From positions 151,096,001-151,160,000 of the forward strand of contig CM059432.1 in the NCBI GenBank assembly GCA_030390025.1: 64,000 bases of DNA, given 5' to 3'. Positions within the stretch are counted from its first letter, which is position 1, and the number at the start of each line of letters is the position of its first letter. The notes under the pieces are model-generated. The model saw nothing but the letters and a program-made list of their open reading frames with translations. It made no database searches and was not told the DNA's origin. This DNA comes from Squalus acanthias. Its lineage: Eukaryota. The translations under genes were made by a program, and so were the position numbers. This document shows, in pieces, positions 14,175 to 26,340 of this stretch.

Positions 14175-17101
14175 TCAGTACCCCATTCCTGCTTTCTCGC
14201 CATACCCCTTGATCCCCCTAGTTGTGAGTGTTATATCTAACTCCCTTTTGAATATATTTAGCGAACTGGCCTCAACAACCTTCTGTGGAAGAGAATTCCA
14301 TAGATTCACCACTCTCTGGGTGAAGAAGTTCCTCCTCAGCTCAGTCTTAAATGGCTTCCCCTTAATCCTTAGACTGTGACCCCTGGTTCTAGTTTTCCCT
14401 AACATTGGGAACATTCTGCCCGCATCTAATTTTTCTAAACCAGTCAGGATTTTAAATGTCTCTATAAGATCCCCCCTCATTCTTCTGAACTCCAGAGGAT
14501 ACAAGTTCAGTTGACCCAATCTTTCTTGATATGTCAGTCCGGCCATCCCAGGAATCAATCTAGTGCACTCCCTCAATAGCAAGAATGTCCTTCCTTAAGT
14601 TAGGAGACCAAAACTGCGCACAATACTCCAGGTGTGGCCTCACCAAGGCCCTGTACAACTGCAGCATCACCTCCCTACTCCTGTACTCAAATCCCCTTAC
14701 TATGAAGGCCATCATTCCATTTGCTTTCTTGACTGCCTGCTGCACTTGCATTCCCACCTTCAGTGACTGATGTACCATGACGCCCAGGTCTCGTTGCACC
14801 TCCCCTTTCCCTAATCTGCCACCATTCAGGTAATAGTCCGCCTCTCTATTTTTACCACCAAAGTGGATAACCTCACATTTATCCACATTGTACTTCATCT
14901 GCCATACATTTGCCCATTCACCCAACCTGTCCAAGTCACTCTGTAGCCTCCTAGCATCCTCCTCATTGTTCACACTGCCTCCCAATTTAGTGTCATCCGC
15001 AAATTTGGAGATATTACATTTAATCCCTTCGTCCAAATCATTAATATATAATGTAAACAGCTGGGGTCCCAGCACCGAACCCTGCGGTACCCCGCTGGTC
15101 ACTGCCTGCCATTCTGAAAAGTACCCATTTACTCCTACTCTTTGTTTCCTGTGTGCCAACCAGTTCTCAATCCACGTCAACACATTACCCCCAATCCCAT
15201 GTGCTTTAACTTTGCTCACCAATCTCTTGTGTGGGACCTTGTCGAAGGCCTTCTGAAAGTCCAAATACACCACATCTACTGGTTCCCCCCCTGTCCACCC
15301 TATTGGAAACATCCTCAAAAAATTCCAGAAGATTTGTCAAGCATGATTTCCCTTTCACAAATCCATGCTGACTTGGACCTATCATGTCGCCACTTTCCAA
15401 ATGGTCTGTTATGACATCTTTAATAATTGCTTCCATCATTTTACCCACGACCGATGTCAGGCTGACCGGTCTATAATTCCCTGCTTTCTCCCTCCCTCCT
15501 TTTTTAAAAAGAGGGGTTACATTGGCCACCCTCCACTCCATCGGAACTGATCCAGAGTCTAAGGAATGTTGGAAAATGATCGTCAATGCATCCACTATTT
15601 CCAAGGCCACCTCCTTAAGTACTCTGGGATGCAAACCATCAGGCCCCGGGGATTTTTCAGCCTTCAGTCCCATCAATTTCCCCAATACCTTTTCCCGACT
15701 AATAAGGATTTCCCTCAGCTCCTCCCTCTTACCAGATCCTCTGACCCCTTTTATTTCCGGCAGGTTGTGTGTGTCCTCCACAGTAAACACCGAACCAAAG
15801 TACTTGTTCAATTGATCTGCCATTTCCTTGTTCCCCATTACGACTTCCCCTGTTTCCGACTGCAGGGGACCTACGTTTGTTTTTACTAACCTCTTTCTTT
15901 TTACATATTTATAGAAGCTTTTGCAGTCCATTTTAATGTTCTCTGCAAGCTTCCTTTCATATTTTATTTTCCCTGCCCTAATCAAACCCTTCGTCCTCCT
16001 CTGCTGAGTTTTGAAGTTCTCCCAGTCCCCGGGTTTGCTGCTACTTCTGACCAATTTGTATGCAACTTCCTTGGTTTTAATACTATCCCTGATTTCCCTT
16101 GTTAGCCATGGTTGAGCCACCTTCCCTTTTTTATTTTTACGCCAGACCGGGATGTACAATTGTTGTAGTTCATCCATGCGATCTCTAAATGTCTGCCATT
16201 GCCCTTCCACTGATAGCCCCTTAAATATCGCTTGCCAATTTAACCTCGCCAATTCACGCCTCATACCCTCAAAGTTGCCCTTATTTAAGTTCTGGACCAT
16301 GGTCTCTGACTTAACTGTTTCCTTCTCCATCCTAATGTAGAACTCCACCATACTATGGTCAATCTTCCCCAGGGGGCCTCGTACCACAAGATTGCTGATT
16401 AGTCCTTCCTCATTACACAACACCCAGTCCAGGATGGCCTCCCCTCGAGTTGGTTCCTCAACATATTGGTTTAGGAAACCATCCCTTAAACACTCCAGGA
16501 AATCCTCCTCCACCGTATTGCTTCCAGTTTGAGTAGCCCAATCTATATGCATATTAAAGTCACCCATGATAACTGCCGTGCCTTTTTTGCACGCACCTCT
16601 GATTTCCTGTTTCATACCCTCCCCCACCTCACTACTGCTGTTTGGAGGTCTGTACACAACTCCCACTAACGTTTTCTGCCCTTTGGTGTTCTGCAGCTCA
16701 ACCCATATTGATTCCACATCCTCCAAGCTGATGTCCTTCCTAGCTATTGCATTAATCTCCTCTTTAACCAGCAATGCTACCCCACCCCCTTTACCTTTTA
16801 TTCTCTCCTTTCTGAATGTTGAATACCCCTGGATGTTCAGTTCCCAGCCTTGATTGTTCTGGAGCCACGTCTCTGTAATCCCAATCACATCGTATCCGTT
16901 AACATCTATTTGCACAGTCAATTCATCCACCTTATTATGGATACTCCTTGCATTAAGACACAGAGCCTTTAGGCTTGTTTTATTAACATCCTTTGTCCTT
17001 TTAGACTTATGATTTAGTATGGCCCTTTGTGTTTCTTGCCTTTGTTTACTCGGCCTTCCCCTATTGTTTCTCACCCTTCTAACATTTGTTTCTGACTGCA
17101 T
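14175..17101 (-). pseudogene. CR1 ORF2 (APE endonuclease + reverse transcriptase), two frameshifts
   Basis: LCLNARSI, GITETWL, GVVYRPP, MGDFN, LDWVL, DH, SPGPDG, NYRPVSLTS, FADDTKL, WNSLP. Frame breaks at a G-run near 15290 and a small deletion near 14565; no internal stops in the pieces. Confidence 0.95.
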
Positions 17102-17148
17102 ATTACTTCCCCCTGTTTCGCTACATAGGTTCCCATTCCCCTGCCATA

Positions 17149-17476
17149 TTAGTTTAAATCCTCCCGAACTGCTTTAGCAAATATTACCCCGAGGACATCG
17201 GTTCCAGTCCTGCCCAAGTGCAGACCGTCCCTTTTGTACAGGTCCCACTTCCCCCAGAACTGGTTCCAATGCCTCAGGAATTTGAATCCCTCCCTCCTGC
17301 ACCACTGCTCAAGCCACGTATTTAATCTCACTATCCTGTTCTCTCTATTCTGATTAGCACGTGGCCCTGGTAGCAATCCAGAGATTACTACCTTAGAGGT
17401 CCTACTTTTTAATTTAGCTCCTAGCTCCCTAAATTCTGCTTGTAGGACCTCTTCCCGCTTTTTACCTATATCGTTG
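17149..17476 (-). pseudogene. CR1 ORF1 C-terminal SGNH/GDSL esterase-like domain (5'-truncated)
   Basis: NDIG..VVISGLLP..LNTWL..WC..DGLHL; esterase-type ORF1 is established for vertebrate CR1. Confidence 0.88.
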
Positions 17477-17582
17477 ACATCTTTCCTGCCACATTCAGGC
17501 AAGAGACAGTGCTGCTTTATTTAAATGAGGCCAGGGAGTTAAAATGCCCGGACCTCACGCTGAACTCTCAGTGGTGGTTTTA

Positions 17583-18499
17583 CTCCTCTCCCACCCTGCC
17601 AAGCGCCTTGCTCCCTCTCCCACCCTGTCCCGTGCCTTGCTCCCTCTCCCACCCTGCCCCGTGCCTTGCTCCCTCTCCCACCCTGCCCCGCACCTTGCTC
17701 CTCTCCCACCCTGCCCCGTGCCTTGCTCCCTCTCCCACCCTGCCCCGCACCTTGCTCCTCTCCCACCCTGCCCCGCACCTTGCTCCCTCTCCCACCCTGC
17801 CCCGTGCCTTGCTCCCTCTCCCACCCTGCCCCGCGCCTTGCTCCCCCTCCCACCCTGCCCCGTGCCTTGCTCCCTCTCCCACCCTGCCCCGTGCCTTGCT
17901 CCTGTCCCACCCTGCCCCGTGCCTTGCTCCTCCCCCACCCTGCCCCGTGCCTTGCTCCCCCTCCCACCCTGCCCCGTGCCTTGCTCCTCTCCCACCCTGC
18001 CCCGTGCCTTGCTCCCCCTCCCACCCTGCCCCGTGCCTTGCTCCTGTCCCACCCTGCCCCGTGCCTTGCTCCTCTCCCACCCTGCCCCGCGCCTTGCTCC
18101 TCTCCCACCCTGCCCCGCGCCTTGCTCCTCTCCCACCCTGCCCCGTGCCTTGCTCCTCTCCCACCCTGCCCCGCGCCTTGCTCCTCTCCCACCCTGCCCC
18201 GCGCCTTGCTCCTCTCCCATCCTGCCCCGTGCCTTGCTCCTCTCCCACCCTGCCCCGTGCCTTGCTCCCCTCCCACCCTGCCCCGTGCCTTGCTCCTGTC
18301 CCACCCTGCCCCGTGCCTTGCTCCTCTCCCACCCTGCCCCACGCCTTGCTCCTCTCCCACCCTGCCCCGTGCCTTGCTCCTCTCCCACCCTGCCCCGCGC
18401 CTTGCTCCTCCCCCACCCTGCCCCGCGCCTTGCTCCTCCCACCCTGCCCCGTGCCTGCCTCTCGTTCCCACCCTGCCCCGTGCCTTGCTCCCCCTCCCA
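17583..18499. repeat. 28/29-bp minisatellite CCCACCCTGCCCCGTGCCTTGCTC(C)CTCT, about 32 copies
   Basis: Direct tandem periodicity. Confidence 0.95.
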
Positions 18500-18579
18500 C
18501 GGGCACAGGCACTCAACCCAGTGCCAAACAGGACAATACACAGCTTCCTCCCCTATGGGACCCAAAGACTGACAGGGAA

Positions 18580-18747
18580 TCCTCCTTCAGAGAAAGAGTG
18601 ACCCACACATGGAATAGACGTCTGGATTGGATAGTGGATGTAAAAACAGTTGGATGCCACAATAGGGGAACTGCAAGATCATTCTGGAAGAATTAGCTGA
18701 GATGGTTCGAAATGGCCATCCTCATCGATATCTATTTTGTGATCTTA
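18580..18747 (+). mobile_element. Old CR1-type 3' end
   Basis: SFRERVTHTWNR resembles FFSQRVV..WN.L; tail gatggttcgaaatggccatcctcatc..ttgtgatctt. Confidence 0.5.
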
Positions 18748-18996
18748 TAATTGACCTTAGTCCTTTCAGTGTGTGACCCCAACCAAAGTTAGGTAGCGCT
18801 CTCACGTACCATTGAATCTGTAATGCAGCATACAGACCATAACCAGAGGAAGTGCCGAAACCTTTGTAAAAATTGAAAACTAACAATAAAAAAGGCATTA
18901 AAAAATAGTTTGTACAGAAATTACAAAGATTAATGAATTCCGTGTTCCTTTTGACTCCACTTGGCCCCAGTCTGGCACAAATACTAGAGTTTCCCG

Positions 18997-21641
18997 GGAC
19001 TATAATTATGGGGGATTTTAACTATCATATTAATTGGACTAATCAAATGGGGCAGGGCTGCCTTGAGGATGAGTTCATTGAGTGTATTAGGGATGGGTTT
19101 CTTGAGCAGTATGTAACTGAACCGACCAGGGGGCAAGCAACCTTAGATCTGGTCCTGTGTAACGAGACAGGATTAATTAAAAATGTCCAAGTAAAGGATC
19201 CCCTTGGAATGAGTGACCATAACATGGTTGAATTCCATATTCAATTAGAGGGTGAGAAGGTTGGATCTCAAACAAGCGTGCTAAGCTTGAATAAAGGAGA
19301 CTTTGAAGGTATGCGAGCGGAATTGAGTAGAGTGGATTGGGAAAATAGATTAAAGGGTAAGACGACACATGATCAGTGGTGTACATTCAAGGAGTTATTT
19401 TACAACTTCCAAAAAATATATATTCCACTGAAAAGAAAAGGGTGTAAAAGAAAGGACAGTCATCCGTGGCTAAGTAAAGAAATTAAGGATAGTATTCGAC
19501 TAAAAACAAGGGCATATAAGGTAGCGAAATCTAGTGGGAGGACAGAGGATTGGGAAAACTTTAAAAGGCAGCAAAAAATAACAAAAAGATTGATTAAGAA
19601 AGGGAAGATAGATTATGAAAGTAAATTAGCAAAAAATATAAAAACAGATAGTAAGAGTTTTTATAGTTATATAAAAAGAAAAAGAGTGGCTAAAGTAAAT
19701 GTTGGTCCCTTAGAGGATGAGACCAGGAAATTAATGGTGGGAAATATGGAGATGGCAAAAACACTGAATGAATATTTTGTATCAGTCTTTACAGTAGAGG
19801 ACACTAAGAATATCCCAACACTGGACAAACAGGGGGCTATAGGGGGGAGAGGAGCTAAACACAATCAAAATCACTAAGGAAGTGGTACTCGGTAAAATAA
19901 TGGGACTCAAGGCGGATAAATCACCTGGACCTGATGGCTTACATCCTAGAGTCTTGAAGGAAGTGGCGGTAGGGACTGTAGATGCATTTGGTAATAATTT
20001 TTCAAAAGTCCCTGGATTCCGCTAAGGTCACGGCAGACTGGAAAACTGCTAATGTAACACCCTTATTTAAAAAGGGCAGTAGACAGAAGGCTGGTAACTA
20101 TAGACCGGTTAGCCTAACATCTGTGGTAGGTAAAATTTTGGAGTCCATTATTAAGGAAACAGTAACAGGACATTTGGATGATCATAATTTAATAGGACAA
20201 AGTCAGCATGGTTTTACGAAGGGGAAGTCATGTTTGACAAATTTGCTGGAGTTCTTTGAGGAAGTAACATATAGAGTGGATAAAGGGGAACCAGTGGACG
20301 TAGTGTATTTAGACTTCCAAAAGGCATTTGACAAGGTGCCACACAAAAGATTATTGCTTAAGGTAAAAAATCATGGGATTGGGGGTAATATTCTGGCATG
20401 GATAGAGGATTGGCTATCTAACAGAAAGCAAAGAGTTGGGATAAATGGTTCATTCTCAGACTGGCAATCAGTAACTAGTGGTGTTCCACAGGGGTCAGTG
20501 CTGGGTCCCCAACTCTTTACAATCTATATTAACGATTTGGAGGAAGGGACCAAGTGTAACATATCAAAATTTGCAGATGATACAAAGATGGGAGGGAAAG
20601 TAGTGAGTGAGGAGGACATAAAAAACCTGCAAGGGGACATAGACAGGCTAAGTAAGTGGGCAGAGATTTGGCAGATGGAATACAACACTGGAAAGTGTGA
20701 GGTGATGCACTTTGGCAGGAAAAATCCTAGAGCAATTTATTATCTTAATGGCAAGAAACTAGAGAGTACTGAAGTGCAAAGGGATCTGGGGGTCCTGGTG
20801 CACGAAACTCAAAAGGTTAGTATGCAGGTGCAGCAAGTGATTAAGAAGGCAAATGGAATGTTGGCTTTCATTGCTAGGGGGATAGAATATAAAAATAGGG
20901 AGGTATTGCTTCAGTTGTACAAGGTATTGGTGAGACCGCACCTGGAATACTGCATACAGTTTTGGTGTCCTTACTTAAGGAAAGACATCCTTGCTCTCGA
21001 GGCAGTGCAAAAAAGGTTCACTCGGTTAATCCCGGGGATGAGGGGGTGGTCATATGAGGAGAGGTTGGGTAGATTGGGACTCTACTCATTGGAGTTCAGA
21101 AGAATGAGAGGCGGGTCTTATTGAAACATATAAGATTGTGAAGGGGTTGGATCGGGTGGATGCGGGGAGGATGTTCCCGATGACGGGTGAGACTAGAACT
21201 AGGGGACATAGTCTTAGAATAAGGGGCTGCTCTTTCAAAACTGAGATGAGGAGGAACTACTTCACTCAGAGGGTGGTAGGTCCATGGAATATGCTGCCAC
21301 AAAAAGCTGTAGAAGCTACATCATTAAATAAATTTAAAACAGAAATAGACAGTTTCCTAGAAGTAAAGGGCATTAAGGGTTACGGGGAGCGTGCAGGAAT
21401 TTGGACATGAGTCTAGGTTCGGATCGGTCATGGCCCTGTGGGTAGTGGAGCGATCCCAGGGACCGTGTAGCCTGAGTCTGCTCCGATTTCGTGTGTCCAA
21501 TTCTGTTAGATGCAGGAGATGGTTCTGTGATAGATAGTAGATTGGCAGTTAGGATCAGATCAGCCATGATCTTATTGAATGGCGGAGCAGGCTCGAGGGG
21601 CCGATTGGCCTACTCCTGCTCCTATTTCTTATGTTCTTATG
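18997..21641 (+). mobile_element. Young CR1 LINE, truncated within the endonuclease; ORF2 has three single-base frameshifts
   Basis: IIMGDFN, LDLVL, SDH, SPGPDG, NYRPVSLTS, SKFADDTK, YSLEFRRMRG, WNMLP; (TTCTTATG)2 tail ending near 21641. Confidence 0.95.
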
Positions 21642-22296
21642 TACACCGAGTGCCTGTGCCCATGAAGTACATTGTAAATATTTTGCTGAAGCTCATTAGG
21701 CTCATTTGTCTAGATATTGTTGCCAATGTGACTTTGTTAATAGAGAACAGTGCCACTGGGAGAGGGACTGTCAATGGGAAACAATCCTGCAGCCAACAGC
21801 TGCTGTATTTATTGGATTCCTGCCATTGCTGAATCAATGTTGGTTGAAAGCCTCCTCCATAGATCCCAGGAGATCAAGTTTTTATCTGTCAGGATAGGAT
21901 GTTAGGCAGGGGACTCCTCACAGGTCATGCGCAGATAATCTTCATTTACAGACCAATTGGGATCTCTATGTATGTGCTGGAGTCTCTTTCAATCACACTG
22001 TTTAAGTGAACGTTAACATCTCAAAGTCTATCAACGTGCTTACAGTAGTCCTTAATGCTTCTGAACTGCAGGCGTCTGGGAATTTTCCCCCATATCTTCT
22101 CCAAATTCCACCTGTAATAAACTGGTACAAAAAGTGTTACCATCAATTGCTGCAACAGACCCATGAAGGATTTAACTGTCTTTATGTTTTTTCTCAATGG
22201 ACTTGTGCTGACAAGGTGTCTGCAGTGAAAAATATCAATGGTAGCAGCCATGCAATCAGGTACACATAGTTCCAGCCTGATTGCTATTAATTAGTA

Positions 22297-22476
22297 TTTA
22301 TTCATTCAAGGGATGTGGGTGTTGCTGGCAAGGCCAGCATTTATTGCCCATTCCTAATTGCCCTTGAGAAGGTGGTGGTGAGCCGCCTTCTTGAACCGCA
22401 GCAGTCCGTGTGGTGAAGGTGCTCCCATAGTGCTGTTAGGGAGGGAGTTCCAGGATTTTGACCCAGCAACAATGAA
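22297..22476 (-). mobile_element. LINE 3' end (family distinct from the CR1 copies)
   Basis: Minus strand SWNSLPNSTMGAPSPHGLLRFKKAAHHHLLKGN*, then 3' UTR ending tgaatgaataaa. Confidence 0.8.
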
Positions 22477-22512
22477 TGAGACAACAGCTAGTAAATAATT
22501 TGGTAAATATTA

Positions 22513-23278
22513 TGGCCCAGAAATTAGACTCCCTGGCTTCCCGTGGGTGCAAGGATCCCGCGCGCACCTACCTACCGCGCCTGCCGTTGACCTCTTGGCC
22601 CACGGGGACTTCGGCTCCTGGGCCTCCCTCAACTGCCGGCGCGCAGTGCTTGTGTATCCCAGGGGCGCAGTTAGTGCGATGCGTCCCCTGGGATCACGTG
22701 GGCCATGGAGAGCCAATGGCAGCAAACCATCTTTCATTCATAGATTTGACAGGAAGACCTGTCAAATCTATGAATTGAAATCAGCCTCAAAACAACACCT
22801 AAACTTCAAATAATTTTTTTTTTAAACCATCACATTTTTAAAATAACTATAAGTTAAATAAATTAACTACTTTAAACAAAAATTTAAATTTTTGAAAAAA
22901 TTAAAATACTTTTTAACAGTGCTAAAAAGAAACTTACCTTTCTTTAAAGTATCTAAAAACGATAAACCTGTTGAAAATGTTTTTAAATTGTAATTAATTA
23001 ACCACTTACCTTGTTAAAAATGGGTCTTGCGCCTCCTTTTTAAAAGCGCAGGTTCTTCATACTTACCTTCCCGGAGAAACCTGAAAAAAAACCTAAGTTC
23101 GCTGCATGCGCGCAGCCTCTCCCGCGCACGCGGTTCACCTCTGAACCCCTCCCTTCACGAGATCGGAAGTTCTGGTTTCCCGCGCATGCGCAGTGCATGC
23201 AAGAAACCGGCACTTCAGGAGGCCTTATGGGTGAGTACGCAGCGCGTACTCACCCGGCAAGTGCCGAATTTTTGGCCC
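22513..23278. mobile_element. MITE with GGCC-type TIRs
   Basis: tggcccagaaattag and ccgaatttttggccc; GC-rich arms, AT-rich core; 12-bp perfect subterminal hairpin gggtgagtacgc-agc-gcgtactcaccc at 23229-23255. Confidence 0.7.
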
Positions 23279-24162
23279 AACAATGTTCCTGGAAGGAAAT
23301 AAGTTGAAATTCTGTGGCTCTCTTCATTTACATTTACATCCAAAGGTGTCAGCTTGAGTGAGGTGGCTGTCCATACCAAGGGCAGCTTGTACAGTTATAT
23401 CTAAAGGACATCTCTTCATTGAAATATTTGTTCTTCCACCGAAAGCAAATAAAACATAACTGCTCCAGTTGTGAGGGCTCTTTCATTTTCTAATTGTGGT
23501 GGTTAAGATTGGAGCATTAACAGCACTGACAAACAGAATGGTGGAAATAGTTTGAAAAGCAGCACACCAGCTTGAGGCCGGCAATTAATAATATTAGGAA
23601 TTAGCAATACAGAATACGGCACACCCAACAGTGCTGCTTCTTTCTGCCTTGCAGCAGTGCAAATAATGGACTGATGCCCACTTTGTCTTCCCAGACGTAG
23701 CATTCGAAAGCTCTCAGTGGGGGAGTAACTCTGAGACAAGGCCAGCATCCTGCATCTCCACACTCAAATTTCCCCCTTTGTTGTCAATAACACAGATGGT
23801 GGAGACAAGACACGAGAGAGACTGGACATGCCTTAGTCATTATACAAGATGAAAATCCGGACCTTGGCAGAAGAGGTTAGAACAAATTGTATTCTGATTG
23901 TACTTTTTGGTATCAGACCCACACTGAGGATGATAAAGGAAAAGAACATTGAAAACACAGCATCACAGAATCTTTCTCAACTGGAATTAAAAATGTTAAA
24001 TTACTCTTCGTGCTCCTGGAGTTAACACAGCTTGTGACCACACGATAGGACTGAGGAGGAAAATGCATTTCAAAATCCAATTTTCTTTAGCACTGGTCCA
24101 AACCTCTTAGTGGCAGTAAAGGAAAAAAAAAGAAAGAAGGAAAGAAAGGAAGAAAGAATGAG

Positions 24163-25086
24163 CTTGCATTTATTTAGCCCTCTTCATATCCTTAGGGCAT
24201 TCCAAAGTGTTGTAATCGCTGTAGTTTTGTAGGCAAATACGGCAGCCAATTTGCACACAGCAAGATCCCACAAACAGCAATGAAATAAATGACCAGTTAA
24301 TCTGTTTTGGTGATATTAGTTGAAGGCGGAATGTTGGCCAGGACACTGGGAGAACTCCCGACCTTTCTTTACCATCCACTTGAACAGACAGAACCTCAGT
24401 TTAGGAACATAGGAACTGGAGGAGGCCATTCAGCCCCTCGGGCCTGTTCCTCCATTCAATTAGATCATAGCTGATCTGTATCTTAACTCCATCTACCCAC
24501 CTTGGTTCCATATCCCTTAATATCCTTGCCTAACAAAAATCTATCAATCTCAGTTTTGAAATTTTCAGTTGACCCCCAGCCTCAACAGCTTTTGGGGAGA
24601 GAGAATTCCAGATTTGTCAATTTGCAGTCTCATTATTTTCTCCATTACCAATTTTTTCCTTATAATAAATGTATTAAGTACCTCCCCTTGATATAGTTTT
24701 AGTTTTCCTCATCTCTCTGGTACTTTATCCTCTTCCTCTACTGTGAAGAATGAAACAAAGTAATAATTTAGCAAATCTGCAATTACAATATTGCCTGCAT
24801 CTGTCCTTAAGGGGCCCATTTTACCCTTAACCACCCTTCTTCTCTTAGTATTATCCTTGATATCCCTGGCAAGCTTTTTCTAGCATTCCCTTTTTGCAAT
24901 TCTTGCTACTTTCTTTGTCTCATCCAAATATCTCACCGAAAGCATGACACCTCTGCCAGAGCAGAACTCCCTCCGTCCAGGACTGAAGTGTCAGACTAGG
25001 TTAGATCCTCAAGTCCTGGAGTAGAAATGGAACCCACAACCTTCTGACTCAAAGACAAGAATCCTAGCACTGAGCCAAGCTGACAT
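24163..25086 (-). mobile_element. Deu-domain SINE split by a CR1 insertion
   Basis: 3' half at 24163-24402 and tRNA-head half at about 24930-25086 both match the intact copy at 57958-58412. Confidence 0.8.
24403..24925 (-). mobile_element. Internally deleted CR1 fragment nested in the SINE
   Basis: aggaacatagga tail and 3' UTR, plus linker-region remnants (tcctctactgtgaaga = VFTVEE). Confidence 0.7.
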
Positions 25087-26340
25087 GTAGGCAGCAGCTT
25101 ACATCAGCATTGAAAATATAAAATTGGGCCCGTCATGTGTTCCAATCTCATCCATTTTTCCAAGTAACTCACAGCAAAGGCTGGGCCACTTCATCAGTTT
25201 AGATGTCTAGGAATCCTGCCATCCTGCCATCCACTCTTCAGTTTATTGCTGAGCTTTGCATTTACTTCAGGTTATTTTCACCTTATGTTGTCAAACTGTG
25301 AAAACATATGGAACTTTCTGAAGGATCTGCGTCAGTGATCACATGAATCTGAAGTGAATGCTGACAAAGACAAGAAAAGCTGAAAATAGCAATGCACAGA
25401 ATGAGGGTGGGAACGGCAGGCTGTCTGCTGAAATCAATGATTAAATCGGTAATCTGTGCTGATAATCAACTGACTACAGGTTTAACGTTCTGCTGAGATA
25501 TCACCTCGAACTTTATTTAAAAGGGGGCACAAGAGCAGCTCAGACAATATGGCAGGGATTCTGAGCCAGCAGCCGGTAACATTCAAGATCATTTCTGAAA
25601 CAGAAAAGGTAGAAGAGAATGGTTCATAGGTTGCAAAATAAAAGTAGAAAGTATTAATAAATACTAGAGAGAGACGTGCTTGGAATTGTTGTCTCTGTGC
25701 CAGGGAATGAGAATTCTAGATGCAGATTCTGTCGCATAAAGATTTATTAGAGGAAATGATACTCACAGGCAACACGCACGATGATGTGAAGGCTGTGGGC
25801 AACCTCACATTGCAGTTGCTGAGCTCAGTTGCTGGGTGATCAATCCCAGGTCTTCCTAACTTTCATTACAGTGGGCTCGCTTTCATCCCTCAGCTGCAAG
25901 GCCAGTACACCATGTCCTGCATTCCATGACCATTACCCTTGGTTTATAGAAACTCCCATTAGCTCATCATTCCACAAATTAGGTATCAATGGGGAAAATT
26001 CCATAATAACATAAACTGTCTTGATTCCTTACCTGTACAGGAAACATACAGGCCGAGGAATTGGATAAGGTCCGAAAACGGGCGTGGGGATCACGATCAG
26101 TGAACAACCCGCACTCGTTCAGAGGACTGCAGCCAGCACGCAAACTTCGTGTTGCCTGCTGATTGTAGCGTTCAGCCCAGAGCTGAACATGCCGCTGAGT
26201 GCCTGAACACTCAGCAGGGGGCCCGAGTTTGTGTGAGGCTCGCTCCAATTAAAGGTAGCCTGCACCTCTTAAAGGGAGGTGCCTTCTGCCTGCAACAGGT
26301 CATTGAAGTGGCTGGGCAGACAGTGGACAACAAAGTTATA

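Larger units (their letters stand above)
14069..17476 (-). mobile_element. Young CR1 LINE: ORF1 C-terminus, complete ORF2 region and 3' UTR
   Basis: (CATAGAAA)n tail at the left end; TGACAT present at both junctions (14066-14071 and 17475-17480). Confidence 0.96.

Noticed and set aside
17509..18696. Pro/Cys-rich ORFs in all frames
   Set aside because: 28/29-bp minisatellite, not codon-phased.
23796..23875. Possible 80-bp host exon (cag|atggtgg..gag|gttag, WWRQDTRETGHALVIIQDENPDLGRR)
   Set aside because: Weak donor, unrecognised peptide, no partner exons; needs RNA-seq or homology.
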